In this document: positions 1 through 10,026 of the stretch, one piece after another
Layout: each line of letters opens with the position of its first letter
How positions within the stretch are numbered: position 1 is the first letter of the stretch
Assembly: GCF_034669605.1 (NCBI RefSeq)
Contig: NZ_JAXMOX010000001.1
Location: forward strand, 1 to 58,656
Reading direction: 5' to 3'
DNA length: 58,656 nt
DNA from: Leisingera sp.
GTDB lineage: Bacteria; Pseudomonadota; Alphaproteobacteria; Rhodobacterales; Rhodobacteraceae
The notes under the pieces: model-generated
The model's database searches: none
The model's input: only the letters and a program-made list of their open reading frames with translations
What the model was told of the DNA's origin: nothing
Made by a program: the position numbers and the translations under genes

Positions 1-39
1 GAGCGGTTTGACGAAACCCTCCTGAACTTCCTGGCCTGA
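1..39 (+). CDS. 3' end of a CDS entering the window, probably an alpha/beta hydrolase
   Basis: Frame 1 reads ERFDETLLNFLA*, resembling the C-terminal helix of alpha/beta hydrolases; a hairpin follows. Confidence 0.4.
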   Translation, partial: ERFDETLLNFLA

Positions 40-42
40 AGC

Positions 43-75
43 ATGCCCCGTGCGGGTAAGAACCGCGCGGGGCAT
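43..75. terminator. Hairpin between convergent genes
   Basis: atgccccgtgcgg (43-55) pairs with ccgcgcggggcat (63-75), one G-U pair. Confidence 0.55.
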
Positions 76-229
76 CCGCTTCAATCCCGGCAATCCGTAG
101 GACGTGATCGGTGTAATCCTGTGTCGCCAGCATCGGTTCAGTGTCCACTCCCCTGATGCTGCCGCCCCTACCGGTGCGTGGCAGCCTGGTCCGGCAAAGC
201 CGCGGAAGGCCATCGCCCTGCGGCGCAAG

Positions 230-1030
230 CTAACCCGCCCCGGCCAAATGCCGGGTGGCCATGGAAAACAACTCTGCCTGCGACGCAATTCCCAGTTTGG
301 AATAGGCGTGATGCCGGTGGACTTTGACCGTGCCCTCGGCAATTCCAAGGTAGGCGGCGGCGGAGGGCGTCGAATGCCCCTGCAGGACCAGCTGCACCAC
401 CTCCCGTTCCCGCGGGCTCAGGACGCTGCTGCCAAAGGTTTGCATCCGGTCCTCCCAATCCGGCTCCTGGAACCCTGCTGCCGGCGTCTCTGCCTGCCCC
501 CATTGCCGCCGGACCGCAGCGGATACCACCCGGAATGCTGCATTCAGCCGTGCGGTATCCGCCGCTTCAAACCGCTGGCGGCGGGAAAAACGGGCCAGCG
601 AAACAATGATCCAGCGCTCTGCTCCGTCCTGCACCAGGACGCCGATCTCGTCGCTGATACTGATCTTGCGGAAAAAGGTGCGGTAGTATTCCGACCGGTA
701 GAACGCCTCCGGCGCCAATTCCATCAGCCGGTAGGCCCCTGGGGTGCAACCGTTGCGGCAGGCCTGGTAGAGCGGATCCAGCAGATAGGGGCCGCTGGCG
801 TAGAATTCTACGCTGATCGCCGCCTGCAGCTCATCCAGATCCTGATACAGCGAAACGGGCGGCAGGGCGCCCTCATAGCGTGAGACGATCATCGAATCAA
901 AGCCGCAGCACAGCGACAGGATTTGCCGCAACGCACCGGGACAGCGGTCGGTGCCAAGTGTTTCTGCCAAGGCAGCAATGGCTCTCACCCAGCCGGCGGC
1001 CAACGGGGGGTGGGGGATCTCAACGGTCAA
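230..1030 (-). CDS. LuxR-family HTH transcriptional regulator
   Basis: C-terminal LSPREREVVQLVLQGHS...LGIAEGTVKVHRHHAYSKLGI; divergent from the ureohydrolase. Confidence 0.9.
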   Translation of the reverse strand: MTVEIPHPPLAAGWVRAIAALAETLGTDRCPGALRQILSLCCGFDSMIVSRYEGALPPVSLYQDLDELQAAISVEFYASGPYLLDPLYQACRNGCTPGAYRLMELAPEAFYRSEYYRTFFRKISISDEIGVLVQDGAERWIIVSLARFSRRQRFEAADTARLNAAFRVVSAAVRRQWGQAETPAAGFQEPDWEDRMQTFGSSVLSPREREVVQLVLQGHSTPSAAAYLGIAEGTVKVHRHHAYSKLGIASQAELFSMATRHLAGAG

Positions 1031-1127
1031 ATCTATACCTTTCGATATATGTCCTTTGCTAAGTTTACTGGCATAAGCGTGGATTTCAAACTGGGGCCAG
1101 CCGGAATTTCATTTAACGGAGCCCCAG

Positions 1128-2099
1128 ATGACCGATACCTCCAGCGTGAACCCCGTACAGGGCGACCTCGCCTTTACCCGCGCAAGCGACCGCGGCGTGA
1201 TTGCCGAGGCCAGCTATGCCGGCGCGCTCAGCTTCATGCGCCGCCGCTATACCCGCGACCTGAGCGGCGCGGATGTGGCGGTGATGGGCGTGCCCTTTGA
1301 CCTGTCGGTCTCCAGCCGTTCCGGCACCCGTCTGGGACCGCGCGCGGTGCGCTCAGGGTCCAGCCATATTGCCTGGTCGAAACCCTGGCCCTGGGAGGCG
1401 GATCCTTATGAGGCGCTGCGGGTCGTCGACTATGGCGATTGCGAGTTCGACTATGGCTATCCGCACATGGTGCCGGGCCAGATCGCCCAGGCCGCCCGCG
1501 ATGTGCTGGCCGCCGGCACGGCACTGCTGTCGATTGGCGGCGATCATTTCATCACCTATCCGCTGCTGAAGGCGCATGCCGAGAAACACGGCCCCCTCAG
1601 CCTGATCCAGTTCGACGCCCATTCCGACACCTGGGCGGACGAGGAAGGCCGCATCGACCACGGCACCATGCTGTGGCACGCCATCCGGGAGGGTCTGGTG
1701 GACCCGTCCTGCTCGGTCCAGGTCGGCATCCGCACCCATAACCCCGATCCGATGGGGATGAACATCATCGATGCCATAGAGGTGCAGAAGTCCGGGCCGG
1801 AGGCTGTGGCAGAGAAAATCCGCACCATCACCGGCGGCCGCAAGACCTATGTCACTTTCGACATCGACGCGCTGGAGCCTGCCTCTGCCCCTGGCACCGG
1901 CACGCCGGTGATTGGCGGCCTCAGCCCCTATCAGGCGCAGGAGATCATTCGCGGACTGGCGGGCATTGATGTCGTTGGCATGGACGTGGTCGAGGTTGCC
2001 CCGGCCTATGACATCTCCGAGATCACTGCCATCGCTGCGGCCACCATCGCCAGTGATCTGCTCTGTCTCTACGCCGCTGGACCCTCTGGCCGGCGGTGA
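1128..2099 (+). CDS. speB: Agmatinase / ureohydrolase family
   Basis: GGDHFITYP, DAHSD, TFDIDAL, APGTGTP and DVVEV motifs; ggag RBS; exact substrate not certain. Confidence 0.88.
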   Translation: MTDTSSVNPVQGDLAFTRASDRGVIAEASYAGALSFMRRRYTRDLSGADVAVMGVPFDLSVSSRSGTRLGPRAVRSGSSHIAWSKPWPWEADPYEALRVVDYGDCEFDYGYPHMVPGQIAQAARDVLAAGTALLSIGGDHFITYPLLKAHAEKHGPLSLIQFDAHSDTWADEEGRIDHGTMLWHAIREGLVDPSCSVQVGIRTHNPDPMGMNIIDAIEVQKSGPEAVAEKIRTITGGRKTYVTFDIDALEPASAPGTGTPVIGGLSPYQAQEIIRGLAGIDVVGMDVVEVAPAYDISEITAIAAATIASDLLCLYAAGPSGRR

Positions 2100-2124
2100 G
2101 GCGGCTGTTCGCGCTCAACCGCCA

Positions 2125-2150
2125 ACCGCCCCGGCCGGGGCGGTCTTTTT
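2125..2150 (+). terminator. Rho-independent terminator after speB
   Basis: accgcccc-ggcc-ggggcggt stem-loop followed by cttttt. Confidence 0.75.
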
Positions 2151-2273
2151 CGGCAGCCGGAACAGGCTGCGGTGGTCAATTGGGTGGAAACCCGGACGAT
2201 GCCGGTGCCTGCCCTGCCGGCGCCACCGCCGGCACTGCACATGGGGGCAGCGCACCCGGGCCAAGCTCTGCCG

Positions 2274-3500
2274 CTATTGAACCACTGGTTCCTGCGCCAG
2301 TTCCAGATGCAGTTCGCGGCCGGTATAGGGGCTCGCAGCAATCGCCGCGTCGTCCAGTTCCACCCCCAGGCCCGGCTCGGCGGAGGGGATCACATAGCCT
2401 TCCTCCCAGGTGATCGAGGATTTGAGGCAGGACATATACGGCCCTTCAAAAGTGCCGATGCTTTCAAGGATCAGAAAATTCGGGCTGCAGGTGGCGATCT
2501 GGATGTTCGCAGCAGCCACCACCGGCCCGCAATACAGATGCGGTGCGATCTGGGCCTGCCGGGTTTCGGCCATGCTGGCGATCTTTTTGGCCTCCAGCAG
2601 GCCGCCGACGCGTCCCAGATCCATTTGCAGGATCGAGGCTGCACCAGCCTCCAGCACCCGCGCAAATTCGTGCTTGGTGCAAAGCCGCTCGCCCGTCGAG
2701 ACCGGCACCGAGGTGAACCGTGCGACCTCCGCCATATCGGCGGGGTTCTCCGGCGTTGTGGGTTCTTCGAACCACAAGGGCTCATAGGGCTCCAGCCGCC
2801 GTGCCATCCGCTTGGCGCCGGAAACGGTGAATTGCCCATGGGTGCCGAACAACAGGTCCGCCCGGGTGCCGACCGCCTCGCGGATGCGTTTCACAAACAG
2901 CTCGCTGCGCTCCAGATCCTCCAGCCGCGGCTGGTGGCCGTCATAGATCGTATAAGGCCCGGCAGGGTCGAATTTCACCGCGGTGAAGCCCTGCTCCACC
3001 CGCTGCAGCGCAACCTCGGCAGCAATGTCCGGATCGTTGTAGACATTCGGCATGTCCGGGTCCGGATAGACGTCCCCTTCCGGCGGATAGAGATAGGTAT
3101 AGCTGCGCAGACGGTCATGCACCTGGCCGCCCATCAGCTCATAAACCGGTTTGCCCGCGGCCTTGCCGATGATGTCCCAGCAGGCCATCTCCAGCCCGCT
3201 GAGCACGCCCATAACGGTCACATCAGGGCGCAGCGTGTAACCCGCGCCATAGGATTTGCGCCACAGTTTCTCGATATGATGCGGATCGCAGCCAGCAAAC
3301 TGGCGGGCAAACATTTCCTCGGCCATCGCGCAGCACAGATCCGGGCCAAAGGTAGCGTTATAGATCTCCCCCGCCCCGGTGATGCCGCAGGCAGTGGTCA
3401 GGCGCACAAAGATGAAGTACCGCCCGCCGTGGCGCGGCGGCGGATTGCCGAACACAAAGGTTTCGATCTTGTCGAGTTTCATCAAGGGTTTCCCTGTCAT
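2274..3500 (-). CDS. Mandelate racemase/muconate lactonizing enzyme family (enolase superfamily)
   Basis: SGLEMACWDIIGK, KFD, WFEEP, TGERL, APH motifs; ATGA overlap with the upstream GMC gene. Confidence 0.9.
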   Translation of the reverse strand: MTGKPLMKLDKIETFVFGNPPPRHGGRYFIFVRLTTACGITGAGEIYNATFGPDLCCAMAEEMFARQFAGCDPHHIEKLWRKSYGAGYTLRPDVTVMGVLSGLEMACWDIIGKAAGKPVYELMGGQVHDRLRSYTYLYPPEGDVYPDPDMPNVYNDPDIAAEVALQRVEQGFTAVKFDPAGPYTIYDGHQPRLEDLERSELFVKRIREAVGTRADLLFGTHGQFTVSGAKRMARRLEPYEPLWFEEPTTPENPADMAEVARFTSVPVSTGERLCTKHEFARVLEAGAASILQMDLGRVGGLLEAKKIASMAETRQAQIAPHLYCGPVVAAANIQIATCSPNFLILESIGTFEGPYMSCLKSSITWEEGYVIPSAEPGLGVELDDAAIAASPYTGRELHLELAQEPVVQ

Positions 3501-5155
3501 TCAGCCGCCAAGGGCCTGTTTTCATTGTCTTCCAGCACCAGTTCGGCGCCGCGCGCCGCCAGCATCATGGTTGGAGCATTGGTGTTGCCCGAGGTCACAT
3601 TCGGAAAGGCAGAGGCGTCGATCACCCGCAGCCCCGCCACCCCGTGCACCCGAAGCTGAGCATCCAGAACCGAATCCGCGGCATCATTGCCCATCCGGCA
3701 GGTGCAGGAGGCATGGAACACGCTGCCTGAGCGTTCCCGGAAATTCTCCAGCAAAGTGCTGTCATCCATCCCGATGATATCCGGCGCCCGCCGTTCGCGA
3801 GTGACGCGCTTGATCGCCGGGATTGCCGCCAGCGCCTGCAACAGGCGGCTTGCGCGTACAGCTGTTGCCTTGTCCGCATCCGTTGACAGCGAATTCGGCT
3901 CAATCAGCGGCGCCTGCGCGGGGTCCGCGGACTGGATATTAATCTGCCCCCGGCTGGTTGGCCGGCTGGGCTGCACGCACAGCAGGAAACCATTGTCCCG
4001 GTCAATCTGCGGCTTGCCATTGGGACGCGTCGAATAAGACGCCGGGTTGCAATAGACCTGCACATCCGGCAGCGCCGCGTCCTTGGTGCGGACAAAGCCG
4101 CTGCACTGATTGACCGGAACGCTCAGCGGCCCTTTGCGGGTCAGCATATATTGCAGCCCGGCCTTCATCTGCCCGGCAAAGCTGCCCAGCCGGTCGTTCA
4201 GCGTTGCGGTATTGGCCCAGAAAAAATGCGACACTGCCAGATGGTCTTGCAGCCCCTGCCCGACCTGCGGCAGATCCTGTGCCACGTTGATCCCGTGCCG
4301 CTGCAGCAACCCCGCCGGGCCGATGCCGGACAATTGCAGCAGTTGCGGCGAATTCACCGCACCCGCGCTCAGGATCACCTCCCGCGCTGCCATCGCCTGT
4401 TTCTGCCGGCCGTTCACCCGGTAGGCCACGCCAGTGGCGCGCCCGCCGGCAGTCAGTACCTTCTCCACCAGCGCACCGCTGACCACGGTCAGATTGCCGC
4501 GCTTCATCGCGGGCCGAAGAAACGCATCGGCCGAAGACCAGCGCCGCCCGTCCTTTACGGTGCTGCGCACGAATCCTATGCCCTCGCTTGGCGGGGTATT
4601 GGCGCCAGCATCGGCAGGCGCATTCATGTCCGGCAGCACCGGCCAGCCCATCTCTTGCCCCGCGGACAGGAAGTTGCTGGCAAAGGGGTGCATCCGCGCG
4701 CTCAGGTCCGTGACCCGTACAGGACCTGTCCCGCGCAGACGGCGGCTGCCGTCGTGCCATTCGTCATGGCTCTCCAGCGACTCATAGCTGCGACGGACGC
4801 AGTCCCAGCCCCAGCCCGCGGCGCCCGCAGCCTCCCAATCGTCGAAATCATGCGGCAGCCCGCGCACATAGGCCATCGCGTTGATCGAGCTTGACCCGCC
4901 CAGCACCTTGCCCCGCGGCCAATAGGCCGCGCGCCCCTTCAGCTCCGGATCCGGTGCCGCCGAGTAGCGCCAATTGACCGCCGGGTCCGAGAAGGTAAAG
5001 CCGTAGCCCACAGGGATTTTGATCCAGAACCGCCGGTCGGTGCCGCCCGCCTCGATCACCAGCACCTTGTACCGGCCATTGGCAGTCAGCCTGTCGGCCA
5101 GCACACAACCCGCCGATCCGGCCCCGACGATAATGAAGTCAAATGTTTGCGCCAT
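3497..5155 (-). CDS. GMC-family FAD oxidoreductase (choline dehydrogenase-like)
   Basis: GAGSAG, RGKVLGGSSSINAM, SAGAVNSPQLLQLSGIG, FHASCTCRMG, GNTNAP. Confidence 0.93.
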   Translation of the reverse strand: MAQTFDFIIVGAGSAGCVLADRLTANGRYKVLVIEAGGTDRRFWIKIPVGYGFTFSDPAVNWRYSAAPDPELKGRAAYWPRGKVLGGSSSINAMAYVRGLPHDFDDWEAAGAAGWGWDCVRRSYESLESHDEWHDGSRRLRGTGPVRVTDLSARMHPFASNFLSAGQEMGWPVLPDMNAPADAGANTPPSEGIGFVRSTVKDGRRWSSADAFLRPAMKRGNLTVVSGALVEKVLTAGGRATGVAYRVNGRQKQAMAAREVILSAGAVNSPQLLQLSGIGPAGLLQRHGINVAQDLPQVGQGLQDHLAVSHFFWANTATLNDRLGSFAGQMKAGLQYMLTRKGPLSVPVNQCSGFVRTKDAALPDVQVYCNPASYSTRPNGKPQIDRDNGFLLCVQPSRPTSRGQINIQSADPAQAPLIEPNSLSTDADKATAVRASRLLQALAAIPAIKRVTRERRAPDIIGMDDSTLLENFRERSGSVFHASCTCRMGNDAADSVLDAQLRVHGVAGLRVIDASAFPNVTSGNTNAPTMMLAARGAELVLEDNENRPLAAE

Positions 5156-5258
5156 AACGTGCCAAGTCCGCTTGTTTCCCGCGACCTTGCACGGCGCCTT
5201 AGGTATAAATCAAACAATGGGTTTTGCGTCTAAGGCCCAACTGTGCTTAAAGGCATGC

Positions 5259-6149
5259 ATGACCGATCTGCCCCATGTCACCTGGCTGAAAGCTTTTGAG
5301 GCCGCCGCGCGGCTCAACAGTTTCTCTGCCGCCGCCGAGGAACTGGGGCTGACGCCCGCCGCCATCAGCCAGCAGATCCGGCTGCTGGAAAAGCATCTGA
5401 ACAGCCAGCTGTTCAAACGCCTGCCCCGCGGCGTTGCACTGACCGACACCGGCCAGGCCTATGCCCAGCCGATCCGTAAATCCTTTGACGACATGCAGCG
5501 TGCCACCACCGGGCTGTTCAGCAGGAAGCGCAAGCGGGTGGTGCATTTACGCGCCACTATTTCCTGCGCTGCATTGGTGATCGCACCGCAACTGGCCCGG
5601 TTCCAGGCAAACCACCCGGATATTTTCGTGCAACTGTCGACCACCGTTTGGGCCAGCCGCTTTGATGAGCAGGCGCTGGATATCGATATCCGCTATGGTT
5701 CCGGCGATTGGCAGGAAAGCCAGATCCTGCATCTGGGCCACGAAAACGCCGTTCCGGTCTGCAGCCCCGCCTATGCCGCGGCCCTGGGCGGCAACCCGTC
5801 CATCGCAGACCTCGCCCGCGCCGATGTGGTGCAGATCATCGGCTCGGAAACCGACTGGGGCCGCTTGGCCGATCTGCACGGGCTGACCCTGCAGGTGACC
5901 ACCGACTGGCTCAAGGCCGATTCCTCGCTGCTGGCACTGCAAACGGTGTCCGCAGGTCGCGGGGTGACGATGGTGCTGGAAAGCTTTGCCCGGCAATATA
6001 TCGAGCAGGGTCTGGTTCTTGCGCCAACTGCATACACTCTGCCGAAACGCCGCTCGCACTATATGGTGATCAACGACGGCGCTGGTCAGCGCGACGAGGT
6101 GAAAGCCGTCAGCAACTGGATCGCAACGCTTTATCAGACGCTGACTTGA
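5259..6149 (+). CDS. LysR-family regulator (GcvA-like)
   Basis: MTDLPHVTWLKAFEAAARLNSFSAAAEELGLTPAAISQQIR; start trimmed to ATG 5259; divergent from the GMC gene. Confidence 0.9.
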   Translation: MTDLPHVTWLKAFEAAARLNSFSAAAEELGLTPAAISQQIRLLEKHLNSQLFKRLPRGVALTDTGQAYAQPIRKSFDDMQRATTGLFSRKRKRVVHLRATISCAALVIAPQLARFQANHPDIFVQLSTTVWASRFDEQALDIDIRYGSGDWQESQILHLGHENAVPVCSPAYAAALGGNPSIADLARADVVQIIGSETDWGRLADLHGLTLQVTTDWLKADSSLLALQTVSAGRGVTMVLESFARQYIEQGLVLAPTAYTLPKRRSHYMVINDGAGQRDEVKAVSNWIATLYQTLT

Positions 6150-6163
6150 CGCCCTGCCCCGGC

Positions 6164-7279
6164 TTAGCCGCCAAGCGCCGCGAGCGAAGCCGCCATGGCG
6201 TTCCACAGTTCCTCCGCCGGCTCGGTCCCGACCGAGATCCGCACGAACCCCGGCGCCACCGCATCGCCCCAGCGGGCGCGGCGTTCCGCCGATGTATGGA
6301 CTCCGCCAAACGATGTCGCGGCACGGATCAGCGGGCAGTTGTTGATAAAGGCGTCCGCCTGTTCAGCGCTGTCGAGAGTGACCGAGATCAGGAACCCGAA
6401 CCGTGACATCTGCTGTTTCGCCAGTGCGTGCGACGGGTCTGACGCCAGGCCGGGGAAACGGACCGCCTGCACCCGCGGATGCGCCGCCAGCCGGTCGGCC
6501 AGCACCTCCGCCGTGCGGCACATCCGGTCAAAGCGGATCTCCAAAGTCTCCAAGCCGCGGTGCGCCAGCCAGGCCTCTTGCGGGCCGGGAATGCCGCCGC
6601 CGAACTGTCGCCATTCGCGCGCCGCCTGCAGGATTTCTTCGTTGCGGGTGGCCAGATGTCCCATCAGCACATCCGAATGCCCGCCTGGCGCTTTGGTGTC
6701 GGAGGCCGCGACCACATCCGCGCCCAGCTCCAGCGGGCGCTGGCCCAGCGGTGTCATGGTGGTGTTGTCGACGATCAGTTGCCCGCCCGCCGCATGAACT
6801 GCATCTGCAATGGCGCGCAGATCGCAGAGATCCAGCCCGGGATTTGACGGTGTTTCCGCAAAAACAACGTCAAAGCCTTCAAACCCGCCGTCCGCGAAGC
6901 TGGTGGTTGGGCGCTGTTCGAGCTCAACCCCGAGGTTTTGCAAAAACCGCTCGCTCAGGCGCCGGGTGACGTAATAGCCGTCCGAGGGGATCAGCAGTTT
7001 TGACCCTGCTTTGACGGTGGCAAACAACGCTGCCGAGATCGCCGCCATGCCGGAGGGGAAAGCCAGCGTTGGCGCGTCTTCCAGATAGGCCAGCACATGC
7101 TCCAGGTGCTCCCAGGTGGCGTTGTCCACCCGGCCATAACTGGGCCCGCCCGTCCAGTCGCCCGGCAGGTGGTACATTGAGCTTTGCGTCAGCGGCAGCG
7201 CCACCGGATCGCCTTCGGACAGCGTGTTGCCACGCAGATGCAGCATGGCGCCGGCTTTGAAGTCGGTAGGGTTTTCCAT
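6164..7279 (-). CDS. Cystathionine gamma-lyase family PLP enzyme
   Basis: YGRVDN, FPSGMAAI, ETPSNP, VDNT, SDTKAPGGHSD (PLP Lys), SFGG, RISVGTE; start set at ATG 7279. Confidence 0.88.
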   Translation of the reverse strand: MENPTDFKAGAMLHLRGNTLSEGDPVALPLTQSSMYHLPGDWTGGPSYGRVDNATWEHLEHVLAYLEDAPTLAFPSGMAAISAALFATVKAGSKLLIPSDGYYVTRRLSERFLQNLGVELEQRPTTSFADGGFEGFDVVFAETPSNPGLDLCDLRAIADAVHAAGGQLIVDNTTMTPLGQRPLELGADVVAASDTKAPGGHSDVLMGHLATRNEEILQAAREWRQFGGGIPGPQEAWLAHRGLETLEIRFDRMCRTAEVLADRLAAHPRVQAVRFPGLASDPSHALAKQQMSRFGFLISVTLDSAEQADAFINNCPLIRAATSFGGVHTSAERRARWGDAVAPGFVRISVGTEPAEELWNAMAASLAALGG

Positions 7280-7441
7280 TGGGGCACCTTTCCTGAATGC
7301 GGGCTTCAGGATTGATAACCCGCTTGCGGGCAGAATAAAATCGGGAGCAGTAGAACTCAAAGGTTTGTACGAAAAGACAGAGGGCAGCGCCGGCCCATTA
7401 AGGGACGACGGGCAGAAGCGACCTTGTCAGATCACCAAATC

Positions 7442-9133
7442 TCACCCCATCCAGCGGCGCACCGGGGCGGCGGAGTCTTCCAGCGCCTGGCAGACCACGT
7501 CGATCAGGGTCGGGCCGTCATGGGCAAAGGCCTCCTTGATCGCCGGGTCCAGGTCCTCGGGCCGCTCAACCCGCCATGTCTTGACGCCAAAGGCTTCGGC
7601 CACGGCGGCGTGGTTGGTGCGGTTGAAGTCGACATTGTAATAGCGTTTGCCGCAATCATCGCGCTGACTGGCCTTGATCCAGCCGAAGTTGGCATTGGAG
7701 AACACCACATAGGTAATGGGGGCCGCGCAGCGCACCACGGTTTCCAGCTCGCCGCAGGTGAAATTGAAGGAACCGTCGCCCATCATCCCCACGACTTTAC
7801 AAGCCGGCCGCCCGAACCAGGCGCCCAGCGAGGCCGACAAGGAATAGCCCAAAGCGCCATGCGCCCGGTTGGTGATGTATTGGCGGCCCGGATGTTTCTG
7901 CTGCGAGTAGGCATTGTAGTAGGGGCAGCTGGTGCCGGGGTCGGAAACCACGATGGCGTCATCGGGCAGGTTCCGGTTCAGCGCGTGGATGATCTGCTCG
8001 GGCAGGACCTGTTCGGTCTTGCTGTTTGCCAGTTCCTCGAACCTGGCGAACTTGCGCTGCTTGATGTCGGCGACTCTCGCAGCACCGCCAAAGGACGGCA
8101 GATCGGCCTCGCGGTTGTCCAGATAGGTATTCACCGCCTGCAGCGCCAGTTTCAGGTCGGCCACCACACCCGCTTCGGTCGGGTAATTGGCGCCGATGAC
8201 CATCGGGTCGTTGTCGAAATGCACGATGCGCTGGCCGGGCTTCGGTGCTTCCCAGCGCGAAGTGGTGGTGGACCCCGCCCGGCAGCCCATGAAGACCACC
8301 AGATCGGCGCTCTCCATCATCTCCCAGGTCTCGCCGGTGCCGCCGTTGGAACCAACCACGCCCAGCGATTGCGGATGGGTATCGGCAAGCGATCCCTTGC
8401 CGGAGATCGAGGTGCCCACGGCAATGTCGAGTCGGCTGGCAAGCTTGCCCAGCTCCTCCATCGCGCGCGCGATCACCACGCCGCCGCCGCAGACGATCAG
8501 CGGTGATTTGGCGCTGAGGATGGCCTCCACCGCAGCCTCTGCAGCACCCGGTTCAGGTGCTGCGCGGTAGGCAGGGTAGCTGTGATGTTTTGGATCGCCC
8601 CAGATATCATCGGCGGGAACGTCGTCATACTGGATGTCATAGGGCAGCCCTAAATGAACCGAGCCGGACCGCCCGGTGGTCATCGCGCGGAACGCCTGGC
8701 GCACCATGCGCGGGATGTGGCCGGCGCGCTTGATCACCGTGTTGAACTTGGTCAGCGGCCGCATCAGCGCGTCCTGATCCACTTCGGTCAACGGGTATTT
8801 CCCGTAGGACCCCACCGAAATGTCAGTGGTGATCGCCAGCACCGCATAAGAGCTTTCGTTGGCCTCGATCAGCCCGGGCAGGATGTAGGTGGCGCCGCCG
8901 CCGGACGGACCCTCGCACACACCCACCCGGCCGGTTACCCGGGAAAACCCGTCGGCCATATAGGCCGCGCTGCGTTCATCGCGCGTAAGAACGTGGGTGA
9001 TGCCGTGCTCCAACCGGTTCATCGCATCATAGAATGGCAGCGTGGTATCGCCGCAGAGGCCGAAGATATGGGTGACGCCATGCGCCTCCAAAGAGCGTAC
9101 CATCGCCTCGGCGCCGTTCATCGTGTTGTTCAT
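7442..9133 (-). CDS. ThDP-dependent enzyme (acetolactate synthase large-subunit-like, unknown substrate)
   Basis: IFGLCGD, RDERSAAYMADG, GDGSF...N ThDP motif; ATG 9133 with purine-rich RBS. Confidence 0.88.
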   Translation of the reverse strand: MNNTMNGAEAMVRSLEAHGVTHIFGLCGDTTLPFYDAMNRLEHGITHVLTRDERSAAYMADGFSRVTGRVGVCEGPSGGGATYILPGLIEANESSYAVLAITTDISVGSYGKYPLTEVDQDALMRPLTKFNTVIKRAGHIPRMVRQAFRAMTTGRSGSVHLGLPYDIQYDDVPADDIWGDPKHHSYPAYRAAPEPGAAEAAVEAILSAKSPLIVCGGGVVIARAMEELGKLASRLDIAVGTSISGKGSLADTHPQSLGVVGSNGGTGETWEMMESADLVVFMGCRAGSTTTSRWEAPKPGQRIVHFDNDPMVIGANYPTEAGVVADLKLALQAVNTYLDNREADLPSFGGAARVADIKQRKFARFEELANSKTEQVLPEQIIHALNRNLPDDAIVVSDPGTSCPYYNAYSQQKHPGRQYITNRAHGALGYSLSASLGAWFGRPACKVVGMMGDGSFNFTCGELETVVRCAAPITYVVFSNANFGWIKASQRDDCGKRYYNVDFNRTNHAAVAEAFGVKTWRVERPEDLDPAIKEAFAHDGPTLIDVVCQALEDSAAPVRRWMG

Positions 9134-9197
9134 AAGTGCCCCCTGCAAGCCGTCGTGAAAACTGTCCGGAGCTGATATCCGGGTCTGTACTCTAAGC

Positions 9198-9205
9198 TGT
9201 ATACA
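9198..9205. promoter_or_regulatory. Candidate GntR/FadR-type operator
   Basis: Palindrome TGTATACA in an AT-rich stretch about 65 bp upstream of the ThDP gene. Confidence 0.4.
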
Positions 9206-9446
9206 ATTTTGCAGACAGATGTGAAGACTAAACTTCCACGCGCTGCCAGCCGTTGACCTATCAGACCTCGTTCAGTCGGGGTGCCGGGTTACCCCAGATC
9301 CGGTTATTTGGCGGTTTCTGCCAGAATATCAGTGCCATATTGCTGCCATCCCTCGGCAAAGCTGGCCGCCGGCTGTTAGATTGGATACCCGATATCCCTG
9401 GACACTCACCTTGACACTAAAGCGCTGGAAGAGCTGGAGAAACAGT

Positions 9447-9810
9447 ATGACTCCGCTCAGAACATGCGCAGCAACGGACCCAGGCTGACGGGGTTCATCA
9501 CTTGCGCCGGCATTGCCTTTGCCCTGTATCACCTGTGAACGGCCGGGTTCGGCGTGACCCTGCGGGTGGTCTCCACCGTGGTGTTCCACTTTGTGCTGTT
9601 TGGCCTGGTGGCGCTGGAAAGCTATTTTCCCACCCCCCTGGCCATATCAAGAACCCATCGAGCCTCGGCCTCACCACGCTTTATGATAGGCTGGATGGGA
9701 TCACCGTGCCGGCATTGCTGGCCAACCCGGCCGGCGCAATGAAGGAGCGGCTGATCGGCGCCGCCAAACGGCTGGAGGCCAAGCTGAAACGGCCGGTTTC
9801 GATATCATAA
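9447..9810 (+). pseudogene. Collapsed remnant of a TRAP 4TM/12TM fusion permease, followed by a possible IclR C-terminal fragment
   Basis: FITCAGIAFALYHL*TAGFG (TGA 9536-9538 where Trp is plausible) fused to GVTLRVVSTVVFHFVLFG; RBS-preceded ATG 9447 is out of frame; then ITVPALL...RLIGAAKRLEAKL*. Confidence 0.55.
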
Positions 9811-10026
9811 CACTGGCGGAGATGGCACACCGGGCTGCATTGCCGTGCCATTTTCGGGGTTCATAACCTGAGAATTTATAATCCGGCGAAAGACTGAACC
9901 GCCCGGCGGCGCCGGCGGGCAGCCACAGAGGTTTCCGCCTCTCATCCTCGGAATTTTTTGCATGCTCCCGCCTCGCAACCGCTCTACTGTGCCGGCAAAT
10001 AGACCTCTTGCCCGGTTGGACTTGCC

